Of a stretch of DNA of 64,000 nucleotides, positions 1 to 12,420 are shown one piece after another. The notes under the pieces were generated by a model, which was not told the DNA's origin, did no database searches, and was given only the letters and a program-made list of their open reading frames with translations. Origin of the DNA: the human T2T-CHM13v2.0 reference genome, Homo sapiens; NCBI RefSeq assembly GCF_009914755.1, contig NC_060945.1. One strand, written 5' to 3'. The first letter of the stretch is position 1, and each line of letters begins with the position of its first letter. A program made the position numbers and the translations under genes.

Positions 1-180
1 GCTACTGCACAATACATGGCCTAAGTTCCCTCTGTTCCTTCCTCTGAATCGAATGGATGTGGGTGACCGCCCGAAGGCCTTCACAGGATGGAAGTAGAAT
101 GATTTCAGTAGATACTCATTCTTGGAAAATGCCATAGTTTTAAATTATTGTTTCCAGCTTTATCAAAGACATGTTTGAAA

Positions 181-186
181 AATAAA
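181..186 (+). terminator. Proximal poly(A) signal AATAAA (ADARB1)
   Basis: AATAAA hexamer; usage not provable from sequence. Confidence 0.45.
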
Positions 187-416
187 AAGCATCCAAGTGA
201 GAGCTGGTGAGACCACGTGCTGCTGGCGTAGTGTAGGCCAGACATTGACAGTCCTGACGGGAGCTCAGGGCTGCCCAGCGCCCAGCGTGCACGGGACGGC
301 CCCACGACAGAGGGAGTCAGCCCGGGAGGTCAGGAGCGCGGCGGGCGAGGGCCCTGTGTGGACCACCTCCACCAAGCTCAGAGATTTGCACCAGGTGCCT
401 TGTTGCCTCCGCTCAG

Positions 417-491
417 GATGAAAGAGGAGCTGAGAGAAGTGCTCTGCCTGCCAGTGCAGTGCCCAGCTCCAAGGCTCTAGAGGGTGTTCAG
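417..491 (+). other. ADARB1: Candidate 75-nt cassette exon / 3' UTR splice donor of ADARB1
   Basis: ccttgttgcctccgctcAG|GAT...CAG|GTGGGT; 25 sense codons in phase 0. Confidence 0.4.
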
Positions 492-1385
492 GTGGGTCTC
501 CTGGGGCCATGGGGAGAGATTGGTGCAGACCTTACCCCACAGCATACACCTGCCACAGCGAAATCCAGGGTGTTGGCACCTGTGTGTCCGTGATGAGCCT
601 AGGAAACCAGAGCAGGGGCAGAGGGGCGTCATCCTCCCACCGGACGCTGGGAGCTCAGACCCCAAAACTGAAACACCGTGGCTTCGGCGGGGGGTGTGCC
701 TCCTGATGTCAGGAGCCCCATCCACGTGTGTCCACACAGATCTCGTCGCAGCACGGCAGGAAGGGGTGCTGCTTAGGGCTCATTGTTGGGGACATGACCG
801 GGTTCAGCGGCTAGAACATCTGCCCCACAGCAGCCTCCTCCTCCACCGAAGAGGGTAGTTGTCTCCCTGAAGCAGTCACAGCAGGCGTCTCTGCCGCTCC
901 GTCACCACAGTGGGGTTTTGTTCAGGCAGATCGCGCTGGGGTTCTGCACCTGCAGAAGGAGAGGGGTCTGTTGTCGCTGGCTTTCCCCCAAGCAGGCTCT
1001 TGCACACTCTAGAAAAAACACCTTGTAAGTCTGTGCATTTTTATTGTCTTGATAAATTGTATTTTTTTCTAATGGGGATTGGGAGATGGACTTCGTTTTT
1101 AAAAATATGTGGATTTTGGTTACCAAGTTTAGTGTTAATATATTCCATATACATACAAAACTACCCGGTATGTCTGGCTTTTCCCTTCTGTCAGGTAATA
1201 GCTAAAGTCAGCATGATTGCTCCCTGTACCACCCCAAATAAGTGAGTGCCTCACCTTGTGGGGCCTGAGCAGCTACCTTGAGACCATGTGAGGTGGCACC
1301 TTTCCGGGGTGGACTCGTGCGGCCTTGAGGACAGGCACAGGGCACCCTATCCCAAGCCGTCCAGGCAGGAGGAAGGCAGCCAAGG

Positions 1386-2783
1386 CAACTGGGTTCTGGG
1401 AGCCCTGGGTGGGGCAGCTGTGGGGAGGAACTGGGTTCGGGGAGCCCTGGGCAGGGCGGCTGTGGGGAGGAACTGGGTTCGGGGAGCCCTGTCCGGCGGG
1501 GGGCTGTGGGGCGGGGAGCTGGGTTCGGGGAGCCCTGGGCGGGGTGGCTGTTGGGGGGAACTGGGTTCGGGGAGCCCTGGGCGGGGTGGCTTTTGGGGGG
1601 AACTGGGTTCGGGGAGCCCTGGGCGGGGTGGCTGTTGGGGGGAGCTGGGTTCGGGGAGCCCTGGGCGGGGTGGCTGTTGGGGGGAGCTGGGTTCGGGGAG
1701 CCCTGGGCGGGGCGGCTGTTGGGGGGAACTGGGTTCGGGGAGCCCTGGGTGGGGCGGCTGTGGGGAGGAACTGGTTTCGGGGAGCCCTGGGCGGGGGGGT
1801 GTAGGGGGGCGGCTGTGGGGGGGAACTGGTTTCGGGGAGCTCTGGGCGGGGCGGTTGTTGGGGGGAACTGGGTTCCGGGAGCCCTGGGCGGGGTGGCTTT
1901 TGGGGGGAACTGGGTTCGGGGAGCCCTGGGCGGGGTGGCTTTTGGGGGGAACTGGGTTCGGGGAGCCCTGGGCGGGGTGGCTTTTGGGGGGAACTGGGTT
2001 CGGGGAGCCCTGGGCGGGGCGGCTGTTGGGGGGAGCTGGGTTCGGGGAGCCCTGGGTGGGGCGGCTGTGGGGGAGAGCTGGTTTCGGGGAGCCCTGGGCG
2101 GGGCGGCTGTGGGGAGGAACTGGGTTCGGGGAGCCCTGGGCGGGGTGGCTGTTGGGGGGAGCTGGGTTCGGGGAGCCCTGGGCGGGGTGGCTGTTGGGGG
2201 GAGCTGGGTTCGGGGAGCCCTGGGCGGGGTGGCTGTTGGGGGGAGCTGGGTTCGGGGAGCCCTGGGCGGGGTGGCTGTTGGGGGGAGCTGGGTTCGGGGA
2301 GCCCTGGGCGGGGTGGCTGTTGGGGGGAGCTGGGTTCGGGGAGCCCTGGGCGGGGTGGCTGTTGGGGGGAGCTGGGTTCGGGGAGCCCTGGGCGGGGTGG
2401 CTGTTGGGGGGAGCTGGGTTCGGGGAGCCCTGGGCGGGGTGGCTGTTGGGGGGAGCTGGGTTCGGGGAGCCCTGGGCGGGGTGGCTGTTGGGGGGAGCTG
2501 GGTTCGGGGAGCCCTGGGCAGGGGGGTGTAGGGGGGCGGCTGTGGGGGGGAACTGGGTTCGGGGAGCCCTGGGCGGGGCGGCTGTTGGGGGGAACTGGGT
2601 TCGGGGTGCCCTGGGCAGGGGGCTACTGGGGGGCGGCTGTGAGGAGGAGTTGGGTTCAGGGAGCCCTGGGCGGGGTGGCTGTCGGGGGGAACTGGGTTCC
2701 GGGAGCCCTGGGCCGGGGCGGGGGGCGGCTGTAGGAAGGAACTGGTTTCGGGGAGCCCTGGGCGGGGCGGCTGTGGGGAGGAA
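1386..2783 (+). repeat. 42-bp G-rich VNTR, ~32 copies (GAGCTGGGTTCGGGGAGCCCTGGGCGGGGTGGCTGTTGGGGG)
   Basis: Direct count of the GGAGCCC anchor; near-identical block at ~2120-2520; a few units carry ~13-bp G-rich inserts. Confidence 0.97.
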
Positions 2784-2849
2784 GGTGACGTGCAGGGGAC
2801 CAGAGGCTCTGCACTGCTCCTAGGACAGCTCATCTGTAATCAGAAAAAA

Positions 2850-2859
2850 AATAAATAAA
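2850..2859 (+). terminator. Overlapping AATAAA signals just 3' of the VNTR
   Basis: AATAAATAAA in an A-rich stretch; internal oligo-dT priming is a caveat for any cDNA support. Confidence 0.4.
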
Positions 2860-3577
2860 ATACAGAACGCTGACTCCTCCGTGAGACAGATCGGGGACCT
2901 TAGCACTTTAATCCCTCCCTTCTGAGCGCTCGGTGTGCACTTTTAGACTATAGCTGTTTCATTGACGTGTCACTCTCCATCCAGTGTCCTTGATGTGGCT
3001 TTTAGAGACTTAGCAGAAAATTCGACACAAGCAGGAACTTGATTTTTTAAGAAAAAATATTACATTTTGAGGACATTTTGACAAGTAGGGGAAGAGAGGG
3101 CTTCTGTTGTTTTGTTTTGTTTTGTTAACTAAACCTGAAGTATTAATTCCACAAAGACACTGTCCCTCAGGACCACTCAGGTACAGCTCTGCCAGGGACA
3201 GAGTCCTGCTAGTGGGAGGTCTCAGGTGGGGCGGTGTGTTCTGTGCCATGAGGCAGCGACAGGTCCAGATGGATGTCGTCACCACCTTCCTCAGCTCTCA
3301 TCACCTGGTCGTACGCCAGGCCCACCTCTTCCCAGCAAGGGACGCCAAAGAACTGCAGTTTTTATTCTGAGTCTTAATTTAACTTTTCATCATCTTTTCC
3401 TATTTTGGAGAATTTTTTGTAATTAAAAGCAATTATTTTAAAATGTGCAAGCCAGTATCTCACAAGGCATGGATTTCTGTGGAATTTATTTTTATTCAAA
3501 TAACCATATTTATCTCCAGGCTGTGGAATCGCCACTTTCTTTGTGAAGACAGTGTCTCTCCTTGTAATCTCACACAG

Positions 3578-3586
3578 GTACACTGA
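3578..3586 (+). CDS. ADARB1: ADARB1 alternative terminal exon coding part (Val-His-stop) of C-terminally truncated ADAR2 isoforms
   Basis: tctctccttgtaatctcacacAG|GTA CAC TGA; matches the recalled short 'VH' C-terminus of human ADAR2 splice isoforms. Confidence 0.75.
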   Translation, partial: VH

Positions 3587-4568
3587 GGAGGGGACGGCTC
3601 CGTCTTCACATTGTGCACAGATCTGAGGATGGGATTAGCGAAGCTGTGGAGACTGCACATCCGGACCTGCCCATGTCTCAAAACAAACACATGTACAGTG
3701 GCTCTTTTTCCTTCTCAAACACTTTACCCCAGAAGCAGGTGGTCTGCCCCAGGCATAAAGAAGGAAAATTGGCCATCTTTCCCACCTCTAAATTCTGTAA
3801 AATTATAGACTTGCTCAAAAGATTCCTTTTGATCATCCCCACGCTGTGTAAGTGGAAAGGGCATTGTGTTCCGTGTGTGTCCAGTTTACAGCGTCTCTGC
3901 CCCCTAGCGTGTTTTGTGACAATCTCCCTGGGTGAGGAGTGGGTGCACCCAGCCCCGAGGCCAGTGGTTGCTCGGGGCCTTCCGTGTGAGTTCTAGTGTT
4001 CACTTGATGCCGGGGAATAGAATTAGAGAAAACTCTGACCTGCCGGGTTCCAGGGACTGGTGGAGGTGGATGGCAGGTCCGACTCGACCATGACTTAGTT
4101 GTAAGGGTGTGTCGGCTTTTCCAGTCTCATGTGAAAATCCTCCTGTCTCTGGCAGCACTGTCTGCACTTTCTTGTTTACTGTTTGAAGGGACGAGTACCA
4201 AGCCACAAGAACACTTCTTTTGGCCACAGCATAAGCTGATGGTATGTAAGGAACCGATGGGCCATTAAACATGAACTGAACGGTTAAAAGCACAGTCTAT
4301 GGAACGCTAATGGAGTCAGCCCCTAAAGCTGTTTGCTTTTTCAGGCTTTGGATTACATGCTTTTAATTTGATTTTAGAATCTGGACACTTTCTATGAATG
4401 TAATTCGGCTGAGAAACATGTTGCTGAGATGCAATCCTCAGTGTTCTCTGTATGTAAATCTGTGTATACACCACACGTTACAACTGCATGAGCTTCCTCT
4501 CGCACAAGACCAGCTGGAACTGAGCATGAGACGCTGTCAAATACAGACAAAGGATTTGAGATGTTCTC

Positions 4569-4574
4569 AATAAA
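4569..4574 (+). terminator. Distal poly(A) signal of ADARB1
   Basis: AATAAA, CA ~14 nt downstream, then GU/U-rich element (ctggtgttgctgagactttctttt). Confidence 0.75.
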
Positions 4575-5719
4575 AAGAAAATGTTTCACTACTCTGGTGT
4601 TGCTGAGACTTTCTTTTCCTTTCAAATTATTTCTGCCCTTGGCTCCACTAGCAGGCCTGGGGATGGACACCCACATGCATAACCTGAAAAGGTGGCTGAG
4701 TCCCGCCCAAGAGCTGCAGCTCTGCCTCCACGTGGTCTTGTCACCTGCTGTGCTTGCACCAGTGCTACTGGAATTTCCCCACCTTGGGACAGTCTCCCCT
4801 CAGTCCCCACCCCTGTTAGATTCTTGACTTCACTGTCTTCCTGGAGAGCGTGTTGGCGCCTCTCCTATATATAAGGTGGTGTAGAGGAAAAGTAGGCAGC
4901 TGCCCCACTCCCATCCTGCATATAAAATGGATGTTGACACATGCCCGTGTGACTCGTTACCCTCACGTTACTTGTGGCTAGAACACAGGAAGAACCTACA
5001 CACTCAATAAGAGGCAAGGGTGACACGGGTGCTGGGGTGCAGTGAAAAAAACCAGGTGCTAAGTGCCACCATAGAACTATGTTATTTCTAATTACAACAC
5101 TGGAAGGACAGTCACAATAAGTGGAAAGTTGGCAGCAAAGCGGCATTTCCGTGTCGTGGCTGTAACAGTGTATATATGCTTCACGTACTGTACGAGCACA
5201 GGTGGGCCAGGCTGTCTAAGGAGGGAGTCTGGCCGTGGTCTGTGGACATGGGATTTGAGATGGTTTTGATTTTGTGTTCTTATGTGAAAAGCATATCCGT
5301 TTGTCTGATGTTTCTACAATTAAATGAAAAACAAATATAGGAAAATATTTTGAAAAGTCAAAAGCATCATACAAGTAATAAAAAAAGCACTATTACAGAC
5401 AGGTAACTTGATTTTCTCATTTGCATCAATTTTGAAACTATTTCATTTCCCACAATAAAAACGTTAAAATATGTTGCAGCAAAAACAAGCTTCAGAGAAA
5501 AGAATGAAGGGAACCCTCTCCCTGATGAGTGAATCCTTTGAACAGTGATTCTTCGGGAGCTGCCTCGGGGGCCACACCAGATGGAATACTCGGACTCACT
5601 ATTCTGTCATGGAACTGGGGAAATGTCCGAATTTGACCACGTAAGATGAAAGTTTTGCTTTTTACGAGATACTGTATAGTGAATCTCGTAGAGCCTGGCT
5701 GTAAATGTTGAGGTTCTCG

Positions 5720-5970
5720 AGCTTTTATTCAGTACATGCGTAATGAAGGCCGACCCGGAAGGCACTATTTCAGGTGCTTGGAACAGGTCGGTGAACACAA
5801 CACAGACTCCCCCCCAAATAGCTGCTGCTCTGCAGGAAAGCAAATAACACACCAGACGCCAGTGTCAGGGAATGGTGCCTGGGAAGAAAGAAAAAGCAGG
5901 TGAGGATAGTGCAGTGGGGCGGGCTGCAATGGTAAGTACTGGGATCAGAGTAGCCTCACAGAGAAGGCTT
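5720..5970 (-). mobile_element. L2 LINE 3' fragment
   Basis: ttattcagtacatgcgtaatgaag...caggtgcttggaacaggtcggtgaaca resembles the antisense L2 tail. Confidence 0.5.
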
Positions 5971-6029
5971 GCAAGGCAGATGGTCAGCCAGAGGGGGCCT
6001 GGCGAGCCCGGGGCACTGGACCAGGCATC

Positions 6030-6830
6030 AGCGTGCCACTGCTGGAGGCTGCAGTGCCAGGAACCTGGCCCACCAGTAGGTGAACGCAGCTGTTATTTAA
6101 CGTCACATTTGATAAACTCAGAATGATATTAAAAACAAAGGTAAACACTCGAAACTCGTCACTTCCTACTTTTTGCTGCATTTTACTGCAATCTGTGTTC
6201 TTACTGTGTGCATACTCTGCAATGGTGGGCACGCCCCTCCTAGGCTGCGTTTGGGAACTCACATCAGTAGCTTGGAATCAGTTGTGGTGGGAGGTTTCAC
6301 ACCACTGGTACCCACAGACACGGTGACTCAAGGCTTGACTCACTGTTGTGATTGTCTCTAGACCTAGCAAGGGATGGAGGAAGATGCAGATCAAACTGCA
6401 AATGTAGCTGTTACATTGTGAATGGCACAGAAAATTGAAGAAACTGTCTCACAGCCTCTGGAAACTGTTATCTACTTAAGCAAAGAAGTCACTCAGTCAC
6501 TGAACAAGTGAAGCTCTGGCATTCGTCCTGCTGCTTCGCCTTCATCTGACTCATCGGTGAAAACATCCCCAGCATTCTTGTCAGAACCACACTCATTCAT
6601 CAGCTGCAACCCTGTGTTGGCTTCAGATGTAGGGCTCAGCAAGACTCAATGAAAGCATTCCATAAAAACTGGCTCTGTGGGATTTACAACAGTACTGTCT
6701 ATTTTATTCATGTTTTTAAGTTGCATGCTGCTCCTTTTATATCTGTAACATGTACAGTACGCTTATGTACACATATGTGTGCCCACACTGGAGCAGGGTA
6801 GCCTGTTTAGCATTTACTAGCACACCACTG
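6030..6830. mobile_element. hAT-Tip100 DNA transposon remnant (Arthur1-like)
   Basis: Ends in catttactagcacaccactg, the reverse complement of a CAGTGGTGTGCT(G/A)GTAAATG-type terminus; left boundary approximate. Confidence 0.5.
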
Positions 6831-6911
6831 GGTCCCAGATGTCCTTGGGAACAGATCAAGGCAGTGCAAAGGCCCTGTGCTGGTGAGGGGCTGAAAGTTG
6901 GTGGGAACTAA
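6817..6911 (+). repeat. Left arm of perfect 95-bp inverted repeat
   Basis: Exact reverse complement of 7505-7599, checked base by base. Confidence 0.95.
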
Positions 6912-7504
6912 TCAGCCTCTGGCAGGTGCCTCCCCCATCCCACCCTCCAGGACTGGTGAGATTGGTCTGTGTGGTACAGCTGCAGGAGAAAAAAGTGTGA
7001 GGCCAGACCTGAGGGATGAGGAGTGAGTGTGGGTTTCTGCTGGCCCACCTCCCGCTATGCCCTCAGGCACTGAGGTCCCACCTTCTGCCTTCTGGCCAAG
7101 CAGCCAATGCCTCCAGGGGAAAATGACCTCATAAGGAGAAATGAGAAATCTGCAGAGCACAACTATCTAAAGCTCAAAATGGTAATACTGAATAGAGATC
7201 CTATTAGAATAGATTCTAGCGTTTTAGAACACAGTCCAGGAAGAGATCAGAAAACAGAACCAAGCAGAATTTGAAAAAGTGAACACAACAGATGAACTAC
7301 ATAGTGGAATGAACTTACCATTGGAAGACCACATGGAAAAGGAGAGGGTAACAAAAAAGAAAATATAGAAATACTAAAATATTTGGCTGATAGAAGTGCT
7401 AACATCTGGCTAATATAATGTTCATGGACTTTGCCACACCCACAGACTGAAGGCATCACAGATGAAAGGATGTGTCTGAGACGGGCTTAAAACAGCAACA
7501 GCAG

Positions 7505-7599
7505 TTAGTTCCCACCAACTTTCAGCCCCTCACCAGCACAGGGCCTTTGCACTGCCTTGATCTGTTCCCAAGGACATCTGGGACCCAGTGGTGTGCTAG
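7505..7599 (-). repeat. Right arm of perfect 95-bp inverted repeat
   Basis: Exact reverse complement of 6817-6911. Confidence 0.95.
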
Positions 7600-8333
<734 letters not shown>

Positions 8334-8569
8334 CTAGCATAGACTTTTTAAAATGCCATTTATTTGGTACTCTAAGGACTCGTGGGATTTTTTTTCACAC
8401 AAAAGCAACAACTTTTAGTGCTGTAAAATGTAAATTGTCCAAATTAAAGAAAATAAGAAAAATATCAGGAAGCTTTTAAAATTGCAATCATTTACTTCCT
8501 TAGAGAGTCATTTTAAATGTATTTTTGTGGAAACAAGTACTTTATACATCAGCTGAATCTTATGTTGTT

Positions 8570-8745
8570 CTCCCTGGTCGATTTTCTTTCCTAGCACTGA
8601 TTAATGACATTTGCATTTGTTTATCTGTCCCACTATGAAATGCAGACATCAGGGGGTGAGAGGCATTGGTTTGTTCATGGCTATTCACTTGGCACAAGCC
8701 TGCTATGTTGCAGATATTAAATAAATATATTCTGTATTAATTTTA
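8570..8745 (+). mobile_element. L2 3' end
   Basis: tttgtttatctgtcccact...tttgttcatggctatt...ttaaataaatatatt resembles the L2 tail. Confidence 0.5.
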
Positions 8746-8813
8746 AAAGTTCCCAGACATACCATGCGTCAGAGCTTTGCCACCTGGGAAGCAGGTTTGC
8801 ATGAGATGCTTAA

Positions 8814-9190
<377 letters not shown>

Positions 9191-9218
9191 TGCGGTGGTT
9201 CTTAAAAAGCTAAAGTCA

Positions 9219-9528
9219 GGCCAGACACGGTGGCTCACGCCTGTCATCCCAGCACTTTGGGAGGCCGAGGTGGGTGGATTGCCTGAGCTCAGGAGTTTGA
9301 GACCAGCCTGGCCAACATGGCGAAACCCTGTCTCTACTAAAAATACAAAACATTAGCCGGGCATGGTGGCATGCACCTGTAATCCCAGCTACTCGGGAGG
9401 TTGAGGCACGAGAATCGCTTGAACCTGGGAGGCGGAGGTTGCACTGTGAGCCGAGATTGCGCCACTGCACTCCAGCCTGGGGGACAGAGTGAGACTCCGT
9501 CTCAAAAAAAAAAAAAAAAAAAAAAAAA
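9219..9528 (+). mobile_element. AluS
   Basis: Full Alu with long pure A tail. Confidence 0.93.
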
Positions 9529-9884
9529 GTGAAAGAAAACAACACACATCTTTAATAACCCAGAATTTAGTCTGGGTAATATCAACGTGATAAGGCCAGG
9601 GCGACATGGAGACCCAAGTATATGAGAGTACGTCTCAGTCTCTGTCCCACTGGGGCACAGATGGGAATCTCCATTATTTTTCTAATGAACAAAGGTCAAA
9701 GATTTTATGTTAATCATTATAAAATCTGTTAATAAGGGAAGTGGTAAGATGTTAAAATTGACTCCGTTGACAAATTGACTAACTCTAATAGATTAAATGA
9801 ATTAGGGCTTTTATCTGCTTGTCCCAGGCAGAAAACAGTAGGGCCAAAACAGAAGTCAATAACCGGTGGATAATTTTGTCTGAC

Positions 9885-9974
9885 CTCATGAATATTGAAT
9901 GCTTCATGAATACTGAATGCCTCATGAATATTGAATGTCTTATGAATACTGAATGCCTTATGAATACTGAATAC
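9885..9974. repeat. 5 x 18-bp tandem repeat (CTCATGAATAYTGAATGC)
   Basis: Read directly. Confidence 0.9.
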
Positions 9975-10635
9975 CTCTCTGATGCTCCCATTTTCTCTCC
10001 ACAGTCTACTGGCTCATGTGTCTCACAGGCTACTGGCCTGTCTGCTCATTTCTCTTATTTTCTATGGATGAGTTGAATACTCTTAGATACTCATAAACAA
10101 TACTGCAGACACACCTTACACTTTGTCAGCTACGGGATTTGTTAGTTTTCCACATTATGTTGATTCTTTCCTTCTAGGACTTAGAGTGAAGACACATTGG
10201 ACCTTTCATGCTATCTACCACTTGGGTCAGTTATGAAGCTTTATCTCTCAGTTCCAAATTCAATATTTACGTTCCGCTTTATAATATTGAGGCTGGGACC
10301 CTGCAAATATGATGTTCCCATTCTCTGCTGGCTTTATATTCTGCCAAAGGTAGTACAAGAGGGACCATGGCAGACAGGATGAGGGAGAAGGTGATTTCCT
10401 GCCATTTGCTTGCTGTTGCTGCTCAGCCGCAGTGCTTCTGCAACTGCAAAGCTGCTATTGGTTCTCATCAGCAGGTTGCTTTGGAGTCTCACTGCCCGCC
10501 TTCACAGGTGCCAGTAGCAGGACAGCAGCACTCCACCTCAGAGGCTGAGGTCCAGCTCTGCACAGCCCCTCCTGAACTTCTGTAATACGTAGCAAAATTA
10601 ATGGGGGAGGGTTTATAAATGACTTTTATACTTGA

Positions 10636-10912
10636 TTTTTTTAATAAGAGATGGGGTCTCTGTCACCCAGGCTGGAGTGGAGTAGCACAACCGTAGTCCA
10701 CTGCAGCCTCAAACTCCTGGGCTCCTCCCACCCCAGCCTCTTGAGTAGCTGGGACTACAGGTGCATGCTACCACACCCAGCTAATTTTTAAATTTTTTGT
10801 AGGAGTCTTGCCATCTTTCTCAGACTAGTTTCGAACTCCTGGGCTCAAGTGATCCTCCTACCTTGGCCTTCCAAACAGCTAGGATTACAGGTGTGAGCCA
10901 CTGCACCTGGCC
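10636..10912 (-). mobile_element. AluJ
   Basis: ctgcagcctcaaactcctgggctc J-type motifs; TSD tata(c/g)ttgatt. Confidence 0.88.
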
Positions 10913-12259
10913 TATAGTTGATTCTTATTTAGTGTTTTGCTCCTAAAAGTAATGTTCAATAAACATATACACACAAGTCCTCACTTAGTACATGACCTGA
11001 ACATTTACCCACATGCTTCATTAAAGTGTTACAAATTAAGTAAGAAGAGTGGTATATAGATGTATTTTCTTGTAATGGCATATCATAAAGTGGGTCAATT
11101 AATTATATTAGCTCTACACGTCTTAAATCATAACTTTATTGCTTTTGGTAATTTAATAAGATGTCCTCTATAATTTATTTCTCAGTGGTTTTCTTTTTTT
11201 AATATCCTTGAAAAAGCATGCTAACACTTTTATTTCAATTGAAAAAGTAGGTCAGACTTTTCCTGACGAAAAATGTCTAATTTGGTTCACTGGTTTGACA
11301 AGGAGGATTAGGGTATATGGAGGACATCTGCCATAAATAGAATGAACTACATCTTCAAGGATTCAATGAAAACACATTTAAAATAATAGTATAATAAAAG
11401 CATTTTATCAAAAATATTAAATTGGCCCCAAAAAGCAATGAAATTAACAACATTTTAATGTTCTCAACCCCCTCAAACTATATTAGATTAAATAAGGTGA
11501 CAGAGAATCAGGGATAAACGACAGTCCCTTGATAAACTGAGACAAGGACAGCCTCTTAGTAAATGTTCCAGAAATTGAGACTGACTGGATAACACATCCT
11601 TTGGCAAGTCAAGTAGTTTCTAATCCTTTGCTTTCAAAACACTTGAATGAAAAACCGAGTTGATAGCTGATAAAGCATTAAACTAATTTTTACAGTTTTA
11701 AAATTTCAGATCATCATCGGATTTAGGAACTATTACTCAGAAGAGTTCAGAACACAATTGAGGGCCATTGCTATACTATACCTCCTTATCTACATATTCA
11801 TGCAAACAAAGTTTCCTAACATGGTCTATAAAAATGAAGAGAAAAATATACTTGAGACTGAAGCCTGCCTCACTGGAGCTGAGTCCTCCTGTTCCTTGAG
11901 TGTGGGAACCAATCGGCTGGAAAAACAGCCCCACTCTTCTCATTAACGAGGCAGTTTCAATCAAATGTGTTTATGTGTTAATAGTTATCTATCAGTTTGT
12001 AACATACATATGTTTTCTGAAAAACTGAAGTGATACTACTTGTGAAAATAACTCAGGAGATATTAAAAGCTTTTGATCACAAAATAAATTTTAAATTTTT
12101 GACCCCATTTAAAGCTTTTTGTTGTAGAGAAGTAGGGCGAGGTAAGCACAAAAGACTTCCAGGAGGCAAAGTAGATGGCACTGGGGTCAAATTTTGTGAC
12201 AGAAGCCGAATCACGTCCAGGAACGACCAAAACTTCCAAAGGAGCAAAAGCTAGTCCTT

Positions 12260-12420
12260 TTGCGGGGGCGCAGGCAGAAGCGGCGGCAGAAGCGGCGGCA
12301 GAAGCGGCAGGCGGAAGCGGCAGGCGGAAGCGGCAGGCGGAAGCGGAAGGCGTCCATCTTTACCGTGTTCAGACCCGGATGAGTCCTAGTCCCCGCCACA
12401 CACAGGTCGTGGGTTCTCCT
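12260..12420 (+). promoter_or_regulatory. CpG-rich promoter with 4 ETS (CGGAAG) sites and a YY1-like element; probable LINC00334 TSS
   Basis: CGGAAG at 12312, 12325, 12338, 12344; CGTCCATCTT at 12351; GC-rich downstream region. Confidence 0.62.

Larger units (their letters stand above)
1..4590 (+). other. ADARB1: ADARB1 (ADAR2) long 3' UTR, distal part of terminal exon region
   Basis: Non-coding sequence with AATAAA at 181, 2850/2854 and 4569, followed by a U/GU-rich tract. Contains the Val-His-stop alternative exon. Convergent position relative to POFUT2 matches the known 21q22.3 gene order. Main ADARB1 CDS is upstream of the window. Confidence 0.82.

Noticed and set aside
1208-2833. 541-, 511- and 341-aa ORFs on both strands
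   Set aside because: Translations of the 42-bp stop-poor VNTR within a 3' UTR; no coding signature
6817-7599. Inverted repeat as TIRs of a new DNA transposon or MITE
   Set aside because: No TSD outside the arms, the left arm overlaps an older element's end, and the spacer looks like ordinary unique and decayed L1-like sequence; templated duplication is more parsimonious
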